DNA of 64,000 nt, taken from contig OX597826.1 in NCBI GenBank assembly GCA_951406725.2, positions 52,142,001 through 52,206,000 on the forward strand, in the 5' to 3' direction. This document shows, in pieces, positions 1-13,055 of this stretch (within the stretch, counting starts at the first letter, position 1; every line of letters starts with the position of its first letter). The notes beneath the pieces were generated by a model. That model had not been told where the DNA came from. It did not search any database and saw only the letters and a list, made by a program, of their open reading frames with translations. Both the position numbers and the translations under genes were made by a program. The stretch is from Octopus vulgaris. Lineage: Eukaryota.

Positions 1-372
1 CCCTTGTCATCTTCGCCATCATTATCTTCCTCTATCATCATCATCATCATCATACCACATTACCACCACAACTGCTGCTGTTACCAGTGCTGTCATTGTC
101 TTCTTCATCATCATCTTCCACCTGCACCATCACCTCCACATCTTCCTCATCATCATCATCATACTACTGCAGCTGCCAATGCTGTCATAATCATCATTTC
201 ATATCTGTTCTTCCTTCTGCGGATAGGACAGACCTCACAGCATTTTCAACATCTACTGCAGTACTTTGTTATTTGGTATACACACAGCTGCCAATGTGAG
301 AGTTATTATGCGATTGCTTGATCTGTTGGAAATAGCAGCCAAATATTTTATCAATCACACCCTACTGTCTTC

Positions 373-407
<35 letters not shown>

Positions 408-515
408 GTCAGTACAGATAAAGGGTGAAATATAATTAATCTAGTAAAAATCAACAAATTTCACCAAGTAGTATTTCGGTATGGAAAAGGACCATATTTG
501 GTAAAATTATATCTA

Positions 516-709
516 ATTATAACAATGAGGGTCTTTGCAACAAGTTGCTAGACCACATACTGAAAGTATTAGAAATAGCAGCCAGAGGACTGTTATTTGT
601 AACAAATACTGTTGTCGATGGGGACATATTTTTGTAGTAAAAGAAATAACAGTCCTCTGGCTGCTATTTCTAATACTTTCGTTGTTGCAAAGACCCTCAT
701 TGTTATAAT
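516..709. repeat. Fold-back inverted repeat (two stem blocks)
   Basis: 516-543 is the reverse complement of 682-709, and 562-598 of 644-680. The left arm has an extra 18 nt between the blocks. Confidence 0.9.
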
Positions 710-732
710 CATATATGTATATATGTAGTGTG

Positions 733-1034
733 TTTTTTGTTCCGTCTCGAGCCATGCCCAGCTCATAAGGGCTGGTTTCCCAGTTTCCTTGGCATATAGG
801 TTCCCCACCTGGATGGGACGCCAGTCCATCGCAGGTGAGCTGCAAGATGCAGGAGAAAAGAGTGAGAGAAAGTTGTGGCGAAAGAGTCAGCAGAAGTTCA
901 CCATTACCTTCTGCCGGAGCCGCATGAAGCTTAGGTATTTCGCTCATAAACACACACATCGCCCGGTCTGAGATTCGTACCTGCGATCCCTCGACCATGA
1001 GTCCACTGCTCTAACCACTAGGCCATGTGCCTCC
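733..1034 (-). mobile_element. tRNA-derived SINE with V-domain-like core
   Basis: On - strand: A-box TGGCCTAGTGG, B-box-like GGTACGAATC, and core GATGGACTGGCGTCCCATCCAGG resembling V-SINE domains. Confidence 0.7.
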
Positions 1035-1036
1035 AC

Positions 1037-1598
1037 ATTTATTTTTTCTAAAATTTTTGTTATCTCTTACAACCTCTTCAATAGTTGTTGACTCTGTCCA
1101 TTATTGGAGCTGGGTTCTTTTTGTTTGTTTGTTTGTGCAGATGTGTGTGCATCAGTGTGCATGTGTATACACATATGTATATATGTATGTGTGTATGTAT
1201 GTAGGCATGTGTGCATATATGCATATACATATGTATGCATATGTGTGTTTGTATGTATGTATTCTGCATATTCATTTATTTTCATGTGTTTATGTGTTCT
1301 TGTTTGTGCATTTGTATGTGTGTGTGTGTGTATTTGTGTGTGTACCACTGTCTCCTTGTGTGTACATGTTTCTACCTTCTACATGCATATGTATACATAC
1401 ATACGTATGCACACACATACATATATACATCTATCCATCCACCCGTCCATACATACATACAGATATATATATACACATGCACACTGATGTACAGACATGT
1501 GCACAAACAAACAAATAGAATGCAGCTCCGGTAATGGATTGAGTTAACGCTTATTTAAGAGGTTGCAAGAAGCAATGAAAATTTTAGAAAAAGTAAGT
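1037..1598. repeat. ~560-bp diverged fold-back hairpin with microsatellite-rich inner arms
   Basis: 1037-1122 aligns gap-free (66/86 identical) to the reverse complement of 1513-1598. Inner TG-rich and CA-rich arms also mirror (GTGCATCAGTGTGCATGTGTATA / TATACACATGCACACTGATGTAC). Confidence 0.85.
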
Positions 1599-1808
1599 AA
1601 TATGACTGGAAATTGAACCAGCGAATGTGATAATTAATAAGGCATTAAAACAGAATTACTCTCCCCAGACTATAAAATATGCTCCAACACACGAATTCAC
1701 ATAAAAAATCTTGCAACCAAATCCAAAAACGAAATATATATATATAGTTGGAATTTAAAAGTAACAAACAAAACAAAAGACGAATATAGGTGTGTAAACA
1801 ACAAAAGA

Positions 1809-1987
<179 letters not shown>

Positions 1988-2651
1988 TAGGAATGTAGAT
2001 CATGGCTGCAATGCTTTGGTATTAAGTCTGCTTAATCAAGCCCACATGCAGTTAAACAAAACAACACTGAGCAACAGATCTCTATTTTTGTGTCTACCAT
2101 GTTTTTAACAAACATTTTCTTTTAAGCCAAATTATTATGATTTGCGATATGGTACTTTGTTATTTTTTCATTTTGGAGCAAATTCTTTACTTATACAGAG
2201 TATTTGATTAAACTAGGTATTTAATATATCGTATCTATAGGGAAAAATATGACATGTTATGTCTATTAGCTGATAAATTGCTTTATTCTATATGCTAGAT
2301 ATTAAGAAGGAATTACAAAAAGAAAGTAAATATTATATTATTTATAGAAAGCACAACGTTCTTAAATTCAAAGACAGAAAGATTGAATTGTAGTTTTAAA
2401 GAAACAAGAAAACCATTATTCTGCTTGAAAAAAGAGAATGGAAACTATGATTGACTTTAAATAGCAAGAAGTGGAAGGTAGAGAGTTATAAGTGTTTTAT
2501 ACAGTGTTTTTGTAGGAGAAAGCAATGAACGTATCTCCATAGTTTACTTATGGTGAGCCACCATACAGTGCTCCAAGTCACCGTACAGTGACTGGAAAAT
2601 CATAAGGGAGGTTATCTTTTAATTCAGCTCGTAGGGTCATCTGCCTAGTGT

Positions 2652-2699
2652 CTGTGACTGATGAAGAGATAACTACTCCAAAATGCTAGCATCTCATAG
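2652..2699 (+). ncRNA. Decayed minimal hammerhead ribozyme (PLE-type)
   Basis: CTGTGA-CTGATGA-AGAGataactaCTC-CAAAATGCTAGCATC-TCATAG. Reverting three CpG deaminations gives CGAAAC-GCTAGC-GTC. Confidence 0.6.
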
Positions 2700-2710
2700 T
2701 CTAGGTAGAT

Positions 2711-3060
2711 CATCATCATCATCATCATCATCATCATTTAACGTCTGTTTTCCATGCTAGCATGGGTTGGAAGGTTTGACCAGGGTCTGGGAAGCCAGGA
2801 GGCTGCACCAGGCGCCAGTCTGATCTGGCAGTGTTTCTACAGCTTGGTGCCCTTCCTAATGCCAACAACTCTGTGAGTGTAGTGGGTGCTTTTTACGTGC
2901 CACCGGCACAGGTGCCAAGGGAGGCTGGCGACAGCCACGATTGATTGGTACTTTTTACATGCCACCGGCATGGAAACCAGTCAAGGCGGCGCTGGCATCA
3001 GTCACGTTCGGATGGTGCTATTTATGTGCCACCAGCACGGGTATCACATGCTGCAAATTG
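2711..3060 (-). mobile_element. (GAT)n-tailed retroposon, probably RTE-mobilised
   Basis: (CAT)n followed by TTTAACGTCTGTTTTCCATGCTAGCATGGG. Other copies at 4513-4695, 8240-8390 and 41265-41480 (-), and 36830-37160 (+). Confidence 0.7.
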
Positions 3061-3406
3061 ATCTAGGTGTATACACACCATTTGTCAACAAGTGACATAT
3101 ATTCTATGGGACAAAACACAGTAAGTAGCTTGGTCGCCAGTTCGAACATGCATCAAGCATATTCGGACTGATAATAAAATTACAGAATTATATGTGTTTC
3201 ATACTGTGTTTGTAGTGGACAATAAGGAAACATCTGGAAATTCATTCCAAGATCTGTTTTTATGTAATTAGAGAGTTTCACAGAATAATAGAGAAAGGGT
3301 TGTCACAATTGTGCATGTTCTTGGACATTCATATTATGTGAAGGGTCAGTGGAAATTTTGTTATGAAGAGTATTGGTGTGAGAAAGCAGTAAAAATCATG
3401 AACTAC

Positions 3407-3484
<78 letters not shown>

Positions 3485-3519
3485 AATAATAATGATAATA
3501 ATAATGATGATAATAATAC

Positions 3520-3725
3520 TCCTTTCTACTGGAGGCACATTTGGTGGGTGGGGGCTAGTTGATTACATCAACCCCGGTGCTTCACTGGTACTTAATTTAT
3601 TAACCCCAAAAGGATGAAAGGCAAAGTCGGCCTCAGCAGGATTTGAACTCAGAATGTTGTAACAGGCAAAATACCACTATGCATTTCATCCAACATGCTA
3701 ACAATTCTACCAGCTTGCCACCTTA
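3520..3725 (-). mobile_element. Nin-domain-like tRNA SINE (family B)
   Basis: AGGATGAAAGGCAAAGTCG...TTTGAACTCAGAA core shared with many copies; flanked by (AAT)n. Confidence 0.8.
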
Positions 3726-3756
3726 ATAATAATAATAACAACAACAACAATAATAA

Positions 3757-4304
3757 ATGGCCTGATGCAGTACCAAGCACTGGCTCTCGTGGCTTCTGAT
3801 CTTAACTGATTGGAAGTGTTGTCATGTACATTGCTTTGTTTTGGTATAAAAGTTGGGCTACAGCAAATATTCTGCTCAATACTGCAGATTTGCTTGACAG
3901 TTGTTTGACCGTAACCAGTTGAGCATGTCCCTCAGTGGCTGACAATATGTGCATCTCTGCTCATGAGCAATGGGGGAGCATCATAACCATGTGTTGAGAG
4001 GAATTCTTTGGGATTTGGATAATTCACTTTTGGAAACATGGGTGTTTCATTCAACTTCCTTAAACAAACTTTATTTAGGGACTTTTAGAGCGGGATGAGC
4101 CACTTGACCTGAAGAAAATTCTAACTGGGCCCCACCTGCAAGGTTATGCGATGTTTATCTTGATATGAGATCACTATGTCGTGCACATATGATTGTGTTG
4201 TATATGCCTGGTGTACTCTTATCAGACGGGTAGTAATGATGGGTATACTGGACTTCATATATTTTACTCCAGTGTCACTTTGATGGCATGCACTGCTCTC
4301 TCAT

Positions 4305-4305
<1 letters not shown>
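3757..4305 (+). mobile_element. (AAT)n-tailed non-autonomous retroposon
   Basis: Second copy at ~30570-31040 shares CAGATTTGCTTG-CAGTTG and CAGTGTCACTTTGATGGCATG; 3' tip again at 30476-30502. Confidence 0.7.
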
Positions 4306-4376
<71 letters not shown>

Positions 4377-4377
4377 C

Positions 4378-4510
4378 GTTGATTATGGTTTTGTCTGGGG
4401 ACAGTATTAGAAAACATCAAGAGGAATATAAAGGAAATCAGAATAGAGTGCCCAGTAGAACTGTTACAAAAGTTTGCCTTCTTGGCATGGCCTGAATAAT
4501 CAGGAAAGTA

Positions 4511-4512
<2 letters not shown>
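4378..4512 (+). mobile_element. 3' fragment of RLE-type (R4/Dong-like) non-LTR retrotransposon
   Basis: Remnant ...ECPVELLQK(frameshift)VCLLGMA*IIRKV matches the typical RLE-LINE C-terminus LQKxxLLGTAxIIRKV. Confidence 0.55.
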
Positions 4513-4549
<37 letters not shown>

Positions 4550-5194
4550 GTTTAACGTACGTTTCCATGCTAGCATGGATCGGACGATTTGACTGAGGTC
4601 TGGTGAACCAGATGGCTGCACCAGACTCCAATCTGATCTGGCAGAGTTTCTACAGCTTGATGCCCTTCCTAACGCCAACCACTCCGAGAGTGTAGATAGT
4701 TGGTAAGAATAGATAGTATGGTACTGTGGGCTGCAGGAAATTATAATCTGTTTTCCATTCATTATTCATAAAGCATAAGGAAAATAATATTTTACGACAA
4801 AGCTTATTAGCTAGCAGCACAAAATGGGAGGAAAAAATCTACTTTGAGAAAAAAATGATCTGAACCCGAATGCAAGCAACTGTTTAGCTAGAATACTTAT
4901 AGTATTATTAGCTTGTCTTTGAGAATCTGATCAGATTTTCCAAAGTGGGAGGTGTTAGTCAATGCAGTATTTGTCCTAACAATTTATAGAACTAAAATTT
5001 GCAAAAATTGTTGGCCACAGCCTTTGGGCTGAAATGTATAAAAGAATAAACAAAACATACCTCAGTTTTACAAAATGGATTTCTTTTGATTATATACAAT
5101 ACCAAATGTTTAAAATGCTTTTAATTTCAAGTTTACAGAATTTTGAATTAATCTAAATTCAAACTTAAAAATGTTTTAAATTATCTTTATTTTT

Positions 5195-6335
5195 TTATCT
5201 TTCACTTGATTTAGTCTTTGGTCTGTGGTTATGCTGGGGCACCACTTTCAAAAATGTTTAGTTTAACAACTCAAACCCAGCATTTGGTGCTTACTTTATC
5301 AGCCTCTTTTTCTGAATCACTAAGTTACAGGGTTGTAAACAAACCAACACTGGTCATTAAGCTGTGATGGGGACAACAGACTTCTTTTTATACAATAGGT
5401 TTCTTTCTATACAAAAGGTTATTTTCAGTTTCTGCCTGCCAAATATACCCACAAGGCTTTGGTCAGCCCAGGACTATAGTAGAAGACACTTGCTCAAGGT
5501 GCCATGCAATGGGACAAATCTAAGACCATATGGTTGGGAACAAGATTGTTACTTACACATCCATAGCTGCACCTATGAGCTACATTTGCATTTTTCTTTT
5601 ATTCTTTAACTTGTTTCAGTCATTTGCCTGCTGCCATGCTGGAGCACCACCTTGAAGGGTTTTTAGTTGAATAATTAACCCCAGAACTTAACTTTTAAGT
5701 CTAGTACTTATTCTATCAGTCTCTTTTGCTGAACTGTTAAGTTTTGAGGTCATAAACATACCAACACCGGTTGTTAAGCAGTGAGGGTTGGGGACAAACA
5801 CAGACAACAGACACACACACACACACAAATATATGGCACTGCACTCTGTTGGCTATGATGACAAAAGTTCCAGTTCATCCAATCAACAGAAATACCTGCT
5901 CATGAAATTAACATACAAATGGCTGAGTGCTCCACAAATATATGTACCCTCAAAATAGTTCTCAGGGATATTGAATGTGATATAGAATATGACAAGGTTG
6001 GCTATTTGAAATTTAGGAACTACTTAATTTTGCCAGCCACGTGGACTGGAACAACATGAAATAAAGTGTCTTGCTCAAGGTCACAATGCATCACTGGGAA
6101 TTGATTTCACAACCTTATGATCATAAGCCAAATGCTACTAAACCATGCACATTCACCATAGATACAGACACACACACACACGATGAGCTTCTTTCAGTTT
6201 CCATCTATCAAATCCACTTACAAGGCTTTGGTTGACCTGAGGCTAAAGTAGAAAACACTTGCCCAAGGTACCACACAGTGGGACTGAACCAGGAACCATG
6301 TGGCTGGGAAGCAAGCTTCTTACCACACAGCCACA
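5195..6335 (-). mobile_element. Cluster of older family-A SINE copies with a nested older SINE
   Basis: Diverged CTTCTTACCACACAGCCAC head and GAAACACTTGCCCAAGG core; two copies (5195-5580, 5595-6335). Confidence 0.7.
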
Positions 6336-7186
6336 ACAATATCAATTTAAAAGATTTTTCAATGAGGTTGTAGGGATGTTGTTGAGTGAGAATGAATAGG
6401 CCTGAAGGTATTGTATCAGTAGTTAATATACTCAGTGCACATTATTATATCAGAACTTATTAGTTCTCAGCTGGTAAAATGGAGTTTTTTATTGGCTTCA
6501 AACGATTAAAGTGCCAAGTTCAGTTCTGCAGAATTTAACCTTAAAAATGTATAGAATTAAGAGTAGACATTTTTCACTGTCTAGCAATTTAATCAGTAAA
6601 TATTAAAAGCAGTAAATATTAAATAATACTAGCAGAATACACGCATACATTCACACAGATCCTCTGAAGCTTGAGGCAAAACACATAATCAAAGATAATA
6701 AACTCAAAATAATGTTTCTCTGTGATTGGCCTTTGAGAAACATGTGAAAAACCATTTCAAAGCAAACACCACAGACACCAATATTGTGATAGAAAATATC
6801 AAATACCATGCTTCAAAATATGAAAAGCTACACACACAGAAAATCAATAAAATAACTACTCTACATTTCCTATTAATAGTGGTCATTACATCATTCCTGA
6901 TTTTTAAAAGGAGTTTGGTTTAGTACTATAATGCTTTTTTCTATATTTTTTTTGTTTGTTTTAGAGTTAGTGCCCCATTTATTAAATACCATTCCCCCAC
7001 CACAGTACCTGGCAGCTGATTTAGTATTATTCTTTAACCCTAACACACCAGGACAATTGGGCCTATGATCAAAATCTTTCTAGCTACGATCTTACTGGAT
7101 AGCTAAAACTTCATTACTTATATCCTTCCTCTTATATAAAATGAAAGACTATAATTTGATTGCTGTTTGAAGCAAGTTGAATGACC

Positions 7187-7235
<49 letters not shown>

Positions 7236-7336
7236 AGTCCCACCCATTCAAGCATGAAAGGCGAATGTTAAAAGATGATGGTGATGATGATGGCATATAC
7301 ATACATACATACATACATACATATACACATACATAA

Positions 7337-7406
<70 letters not shown>

Positions 7407-7708
7407 TTACATATATACATGCATACATACACAGAAGAAGAAAGGAGCATCTTCAACATTATATGCAATTTCTGTCCACGACTCTTTCACCACTGACTTG
7501 GACTCCAAAGTCACATTTGGTACAAACATCTGCCGAGGAGACTGAATGGAGACTGATGAATCCAATGCTTGGATACGAGCTGGAGCTGACGACGATATAT
7601 ATCTATATATACATACATACATATATGTATATATATATATACACACACACACATGCATTTATATATAGATATATATACATATGCCCCAGCATAGCCACAG
7701 CCTTCAGA

Positions 7709-7774
7709 CTGAAACATAAAAGAATAAACATACACATCACACACACAGAAACATAAAAGAATAAACATACACAT

Positions 7775-7795
<21 letters not shown>
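7709..7795. repeat. Direct tandem duplication (~37-nt unit)
   Basis: GAAACATAAAAGAATAAACATACACATCACACACACA occurs twice. Confidence 0.9.
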
Positions 7796-7830
<35 letters not shown>

Positions 7831-8490
7831 CTTATACTTGTTTCAGTCATTTGACTGTGGCCATGCTGGAGCACTGCCTTTTGTCAAACAAATAGACCCC
7901 ATGACTTATTCTTTGGTAGCCTTGTACTTATTCTACCAATCACTTTTGCTGAACTGCTAAGTTACGGATACGTAAACACTCTAAATTTACAGTGCTTACA
8001 CTTATCAAGTATTCACTCTAAATTTACAGTACCTACATATATATATATACATATTTATAGTTATGTTGGTGTAAACAGGACAAATAGAACTCAAAATATG
8101 AGTATATGTAAATTTTTATTGATATTTAGCAGAAGCAACAGGGTGTCAAAAGAGATGAGAGTTTTGTGTATTGGCATAAGTGTCAACATACGAAACTCTG
8201 CTAAATAACAATATATATATATATATATATATATGTCATCATCACCATCATCAACAGCATCATCATCATCATTGTTTAAAGTCCACTTTCCATGCTAACA
8301 TGTGTTAGGTAGTTTCACTGGAACTGGTAAGCTGGAGGGCTCAATCTGATTTGGCATGGTTTCTATGAATGGATGCTCTTTCTAACACCTATGTGTGTGT
8401 GTATATATATATATATATAATATTAATTCGAGACGAACAAGGAAAGACTTAATCAATACATAAAAATTTTTAATATAAAGAAATAAACCG

Positions 8491-8533
8491 CCACTACAAT
8501 CGTTTCATGTCTTCAATGACATTCGTCAGGTGG
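8491..8533 (-). ncRNA. Mirror copy of the hammerhead ribozyme
   Basis: Exact reverse complement of 8596-8638. Confidence 0.85.
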
Positions 8534-8595
8534 ATTTTCGATCTCCTAATCTGTTTTAATTTAATTTAATTAAAACAGATTAGGAGATCGAAAAT

Positions 8596-8638
8596 CCACC
8601 TGACGAATGTCATTGAAGACATGAAACGATTGTAGTGG
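8596..8638 (+). ncRNA. Minimal type-I hammerhead ribozyme, intact core
   Basis: Stem I CCAC/GTGG, CTGACGA (8600-8606), stem II ATGTC-attgaa-GACAT, GAAA, short stem III (C-GATT-G), GUA cleavage triplet ending at 8634. Confidence 0.85.
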
Positions 8639-8811
8639 CGGTTTATTTCTTTATATTAAAAATTTTTATGTATTGATTAAGTCTTTCCTTGTTTGTTTTG
8701 CAAAATAGTGGTTTTGTCTCGAATTAATATTATATAATATTTTACTATAAAATTGGATTTAATCCTAAATCTGATTTTTTCCCTGTAAATTTGGATTTAT
8801 TCCCTAATATT

Positions 8812-8854
<43 letters not shown>

Positions 8855-9267
8855 TATATACATATATATACATATATATATATACATATATATATACATA
8901 TATATATACATATATATATACATATATATAATACAAAGAATATGGAAAATGCATACACTGACTAATCAATATATTTATTATAATACTCAATTCATGTTGC
9001 TTATGCACATTTTGGTTTATTACTTAAATCCATATTTATGCAATTAATTTGTATTATAAATTCTGAAATTCATAATACAAATTAGTAACATGACCTAGTT
9101 CTTCTGAACTATGCCTATCATTTGTCCAGTGCGATCAAAATCAGCCCCTAGCTATTTTTAGAACAGAATCCAAGATGGACATGCTACATCTCAATTGGAA
9201 TGAACTCTCCAACTATTAAGATGTAGGGAAAAATAACAGTCAATTTTACATTGATAACAGTCACTTT

Positions 9268-9331
9268 TTGCCCTGATGAAGGATTCTTGCATTTTCAAAT
9301 TTAAGTAATAGACCGTAATGTGTGTAGGCAA
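9268..9331 (+). ncRNA. Degenerate hammerhead-like motif
   Basis: TTGCC-CTGATGA-AGG...CC-GTAA (mutated GAAA)-TGTGTGTA-GGCAA; stem I intact. Confidence 0.45.
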
Positions 9332-9614
9332 CATGAATTGTGTATTCTAATAAAGATATTGATCAGTCAGTGCATGCATTTTCCATTTTGTTTTTGTATT
9401 GTTAAAATTTTTCTCCTATATTGAAAAGATGGAAAGACCTATAGTGACAACTGGAATTTCAAAAGTATAAGGTACTACTATAGAAAAAGAGCCAATGATA
9501 AATAGTAGTACATATGTACATGTGGGATTTCTGGTTTTATTAATTGATATAGAGCTAAACCAGTGTGGGCTTGGATAAATATACCTAGGAAAAAATAACC
9601 TCTTTCCACACAGA

Positions 9615-9662
<48 letters not shown>

Positions 9663-11387
9663 CTCCTTCATTGGCTTGTGTAACAGCTGATTATTTGATG
9701 TGTTATAACATCACTTCATCCCTTCATCATCACCACCATCACCACTTTCTCATTATCATTATCAATTCTCATCTTCCTAATCATCATTATTGTTGTTGTC
9801 ATCATCACCATCATCATCACCTTCATTATCATCATCATTCTTTTTTTTTTCTTTTCTTGTCTAACATAAAGTTTTACTGCATGAATACAAAAGAAACTTT
9901 TGCTTCTTTAGAAACAGAAAATTTTTATTTAAAGAAACATTTAAATTTATAATAAGTTTCATTATTGATTTAGAATAACAAATATATTATCATTGGGGTT
10001 ATCAACTTAACTCCAGTACTGAGGAAATAATTGATGACCTCTCATATTCTTTGTCATTTTAATTGTAATGCTTCAGTTTGAGATTATTTCATTTTGTCGG
10101 TTTGAGAAAGAAACCTGCACTGAAGTTGCACCACTTCAACTTAAATTTTGCTTTTCACATATAATTATTTAGTAGTTACATCACTTTAAACTAGCACTTT
10201 GGATTAAATTTCGTTACATAAAAGGCAATAAATTTGATTATTTCTCTCCTGTCTCTGCAACTAAGAATCATAAAATTAGAAAAAATTATATTATTTTGTT
10301 ATTGTGGTAGAATATGTGGAATAATCTGCAAGTGATAGGTCTCGTTTCCAAAGAAATCATTGAAGCTTATAATCATGCATTAAAATTTCAAATAATTTTT
10401 AAGGAAAATTGGTTCCACCCATGAATTGCATGGATCAAATAGACAAAACTGTGTGTTTCTGAACACCTGTCTTTGAAATATGCTGTGGTTGAGCCAATAA
10501 AGGAAACTGTTTCTGCTACTCAACTTGTCTAAGATAGTACTCAAATTACCCTCAAATCATACTCCCTCATCTTCAATGTAGAAATGACACATAGATAATG
10601 ATGTTCTACATAATGATGTTCTAAAAATAGATATATCCCAGTTGACCCAAAACTAAATAACAACAGCATTACCTGACTGAGAGAGAAAATATGCAAACCA
10701 ATGGCCTGCTAAAGAAAGATTGTCATTATCATCAAATGGAGCATTAAATGCCTACTTTCTCAGCAACACAATGAAACAAGTATTGTGGGAATTGAACTTC
10801 CAGTCATTAGCTGTCTGGTTACACAGCTTATCCATTTGGCCAGTGATATACATAAATTAATAATTTAACAGAAGAAGACAGTGAGCTGGCAGAATCGCTA
10901 GCAAACTGGGTAAAGTGTGTAGTGGTGTGTTCTCTGGCTTTATGTTGAATTCAAATTCCATTGAGGTTGACTTTGCCTTTCATTTCAGGGTTGATGTAAT
11001 TGACTTATCCCTCACCTGGAGTTGCTGACCTCCTGCTAAAATTTGAAATCAATAATCTAACAGAATAACTTAGATATATAATTTTATGGGGGATAATTTC
11101 ATCAGAGAGAACATGCTTTCCTTTCAATTAGCAATGATGACTGCAAACCTATCAGAAGGAGTTGATGTTGGTGGATGCTGTTTAATGATTACTGGGTATT
11201 TCAGCACAGAAGGGTAAAACCCTTTCTTTGTTGGTAGGTCAGCAGTGGTGATCAATCCACTGTCCATATTCTCCTGCTTTCTAGTTTAGCTCCACTCCAC
11301 CGGCTCCTTAATTAAAAGGCTTTTCTGCTGCTTCTCTTATCCAGCAAGCAGCTAGTCTTTTTTCTTTTTTTCTTGTCATTTCAATAG

Positions 11388-11451
11388 TTGTGAACATTGC
11401 CTATATTCATTAAGCAAGGAGTCATCTACAGCTGACATTGACCAACAATAG
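11388..11451 (+). other. Candidate 64-nt exon (non-coding or stop-containing)
   Basis: Long polypyrimidine tract, CAATAG| acceptor and AG|GTATGC donor. The only long frame ends in TAG at the exon end. Confidence 0.3.
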
Positions 11452-12997
11452 GTATGCTCCTGCATTTTTGTTGAAATGCATTTATAAAGACTAATAATTA
11501 TACTTATCTAACTAGATTAACAAACAGGATTTAATGTTGATATATTAATAAGGCAGCAACCTGAGGAATTATTACCATGCTGGACAAAATGCTTATCAGC
11601 ATTTCTTCTGATTTTACATTCTGAATTCAAATGCAGCCAGGGTTGACTTTGCCCTTCATCCCTCCAGGATCCAGCTGAGCACTGGAGCTGATGTAATCAA
11701 CTTAGCCCCGCCGCCTGAAAAATTGGTGGCTTTGTTTCAAAACATGAAACCGACAGCAATATATTAATAGTAATATTACTGATTTCTACCATAGGTAAAA
11801 TGCAATGAATTGTGAGAGGGTATTGTTGATTAAATAAACTCTGTATTTCAGTGGTACATTATAGTATCAGCACTACACTGATGAAAATCAAAGTCAGACT
11901 TGGTGAGATTTGAACTTAGAATGTAAAGGCCTATAATTAATACCACTAAGCATTTTCTCAGCATTCTAATAATTCTACTTGTCAATAGCTCTTATAGTAA
12001 TGGTGATCATATAAATGATAATAATAATTCTAATTTCTAACATAGACACAATTCACATATTGTTTAGTTAAGAGCATTGTCTATTATTTCAACTTTACTA
12101 CTTGGCACTGGTAATATATCAATCCAAGCAGGATTTGAATTCAGAATATAAATGTATATAAAGAAATACTACCATGCAGTTTCTCTGCTTGTCTATTGGT
12201 TCTATTATTTACTACTCTTATTCTTTTTTACTTGTTTCAGTCATTGATCTGGAGCACCACTTTGAAAATATACTGCAAATCCTCACATTTTGTGGGAGAG
12301 TTACAATTATTTAATTTTCCCCTTCGGTACTTCCTTGACTGGTTCATATTTTATTGACCAGGAAAGGATAAAGGCTATGTTGTGTCCAGCAGGACTTGAA
12401 CTTAGAGCATAAAAAGCTGCAACTAAATACTGCAAAAAGGCATTGTATCTGGCACACTACAGATTTTTCTAGCTACAGTTCAAATAATAAAAAAGATGAA
12501 ATTAGTAATGATTTTTCCCATTGGCTCATAATCAAACATTTGTGGGGGAAATAGTTGAGGTGCTTGTATGCCCTTGTACATATTTTACTGACCCTAGAGA
12601 AACTCAAGGCAAAATTAACTCAGGTGGTGTTTGAACACCTATTCTATTACAAACACTCTGCATAGCAATGATTTTTTACATATGAAATAGATAAAAAGTT
12701 TTAGAAAATAGGAAATTGAGAGGTTGCAACAATTATGTCTTTCCTAAAATGAATCAAATCTAATTTGCTATTGAAACCCTAAAACAGTCATGTTTCTTAG
12801 AATATATTGTTGCACCGTAACTCATAATGAAATCTGTAATAAATAAATGCTGTTGATGTTGATAATATAAATGCTAATAGTGCTGATTATGATAATATAC
12901 AAATGTATATATATATACACACATATTTATCAAAATTATTTTAAGATATGCGCAATTAATATCAACAAGATATTTACTCTTGGTGTTTGTAATGATA

Positions 12998-13055
<58 letters not shown>

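Larger units (their letters stand above)
8414..8736. repeat. Long palindrome with 126-bp perfect arms, PLE-associated
   Basis: 8436-8561 is the exact reverse complement of 8568-8693 (6-nt loop). Outer stem 8414-8434/8716-8736. Confidence 0.95.

Noticed and set aside
7548-7590. CTGATGA followed by hairpin ATCCA/TGGAT
   Set aside because: No GAAA or stem I/III follows, so it is not a hammerhead.
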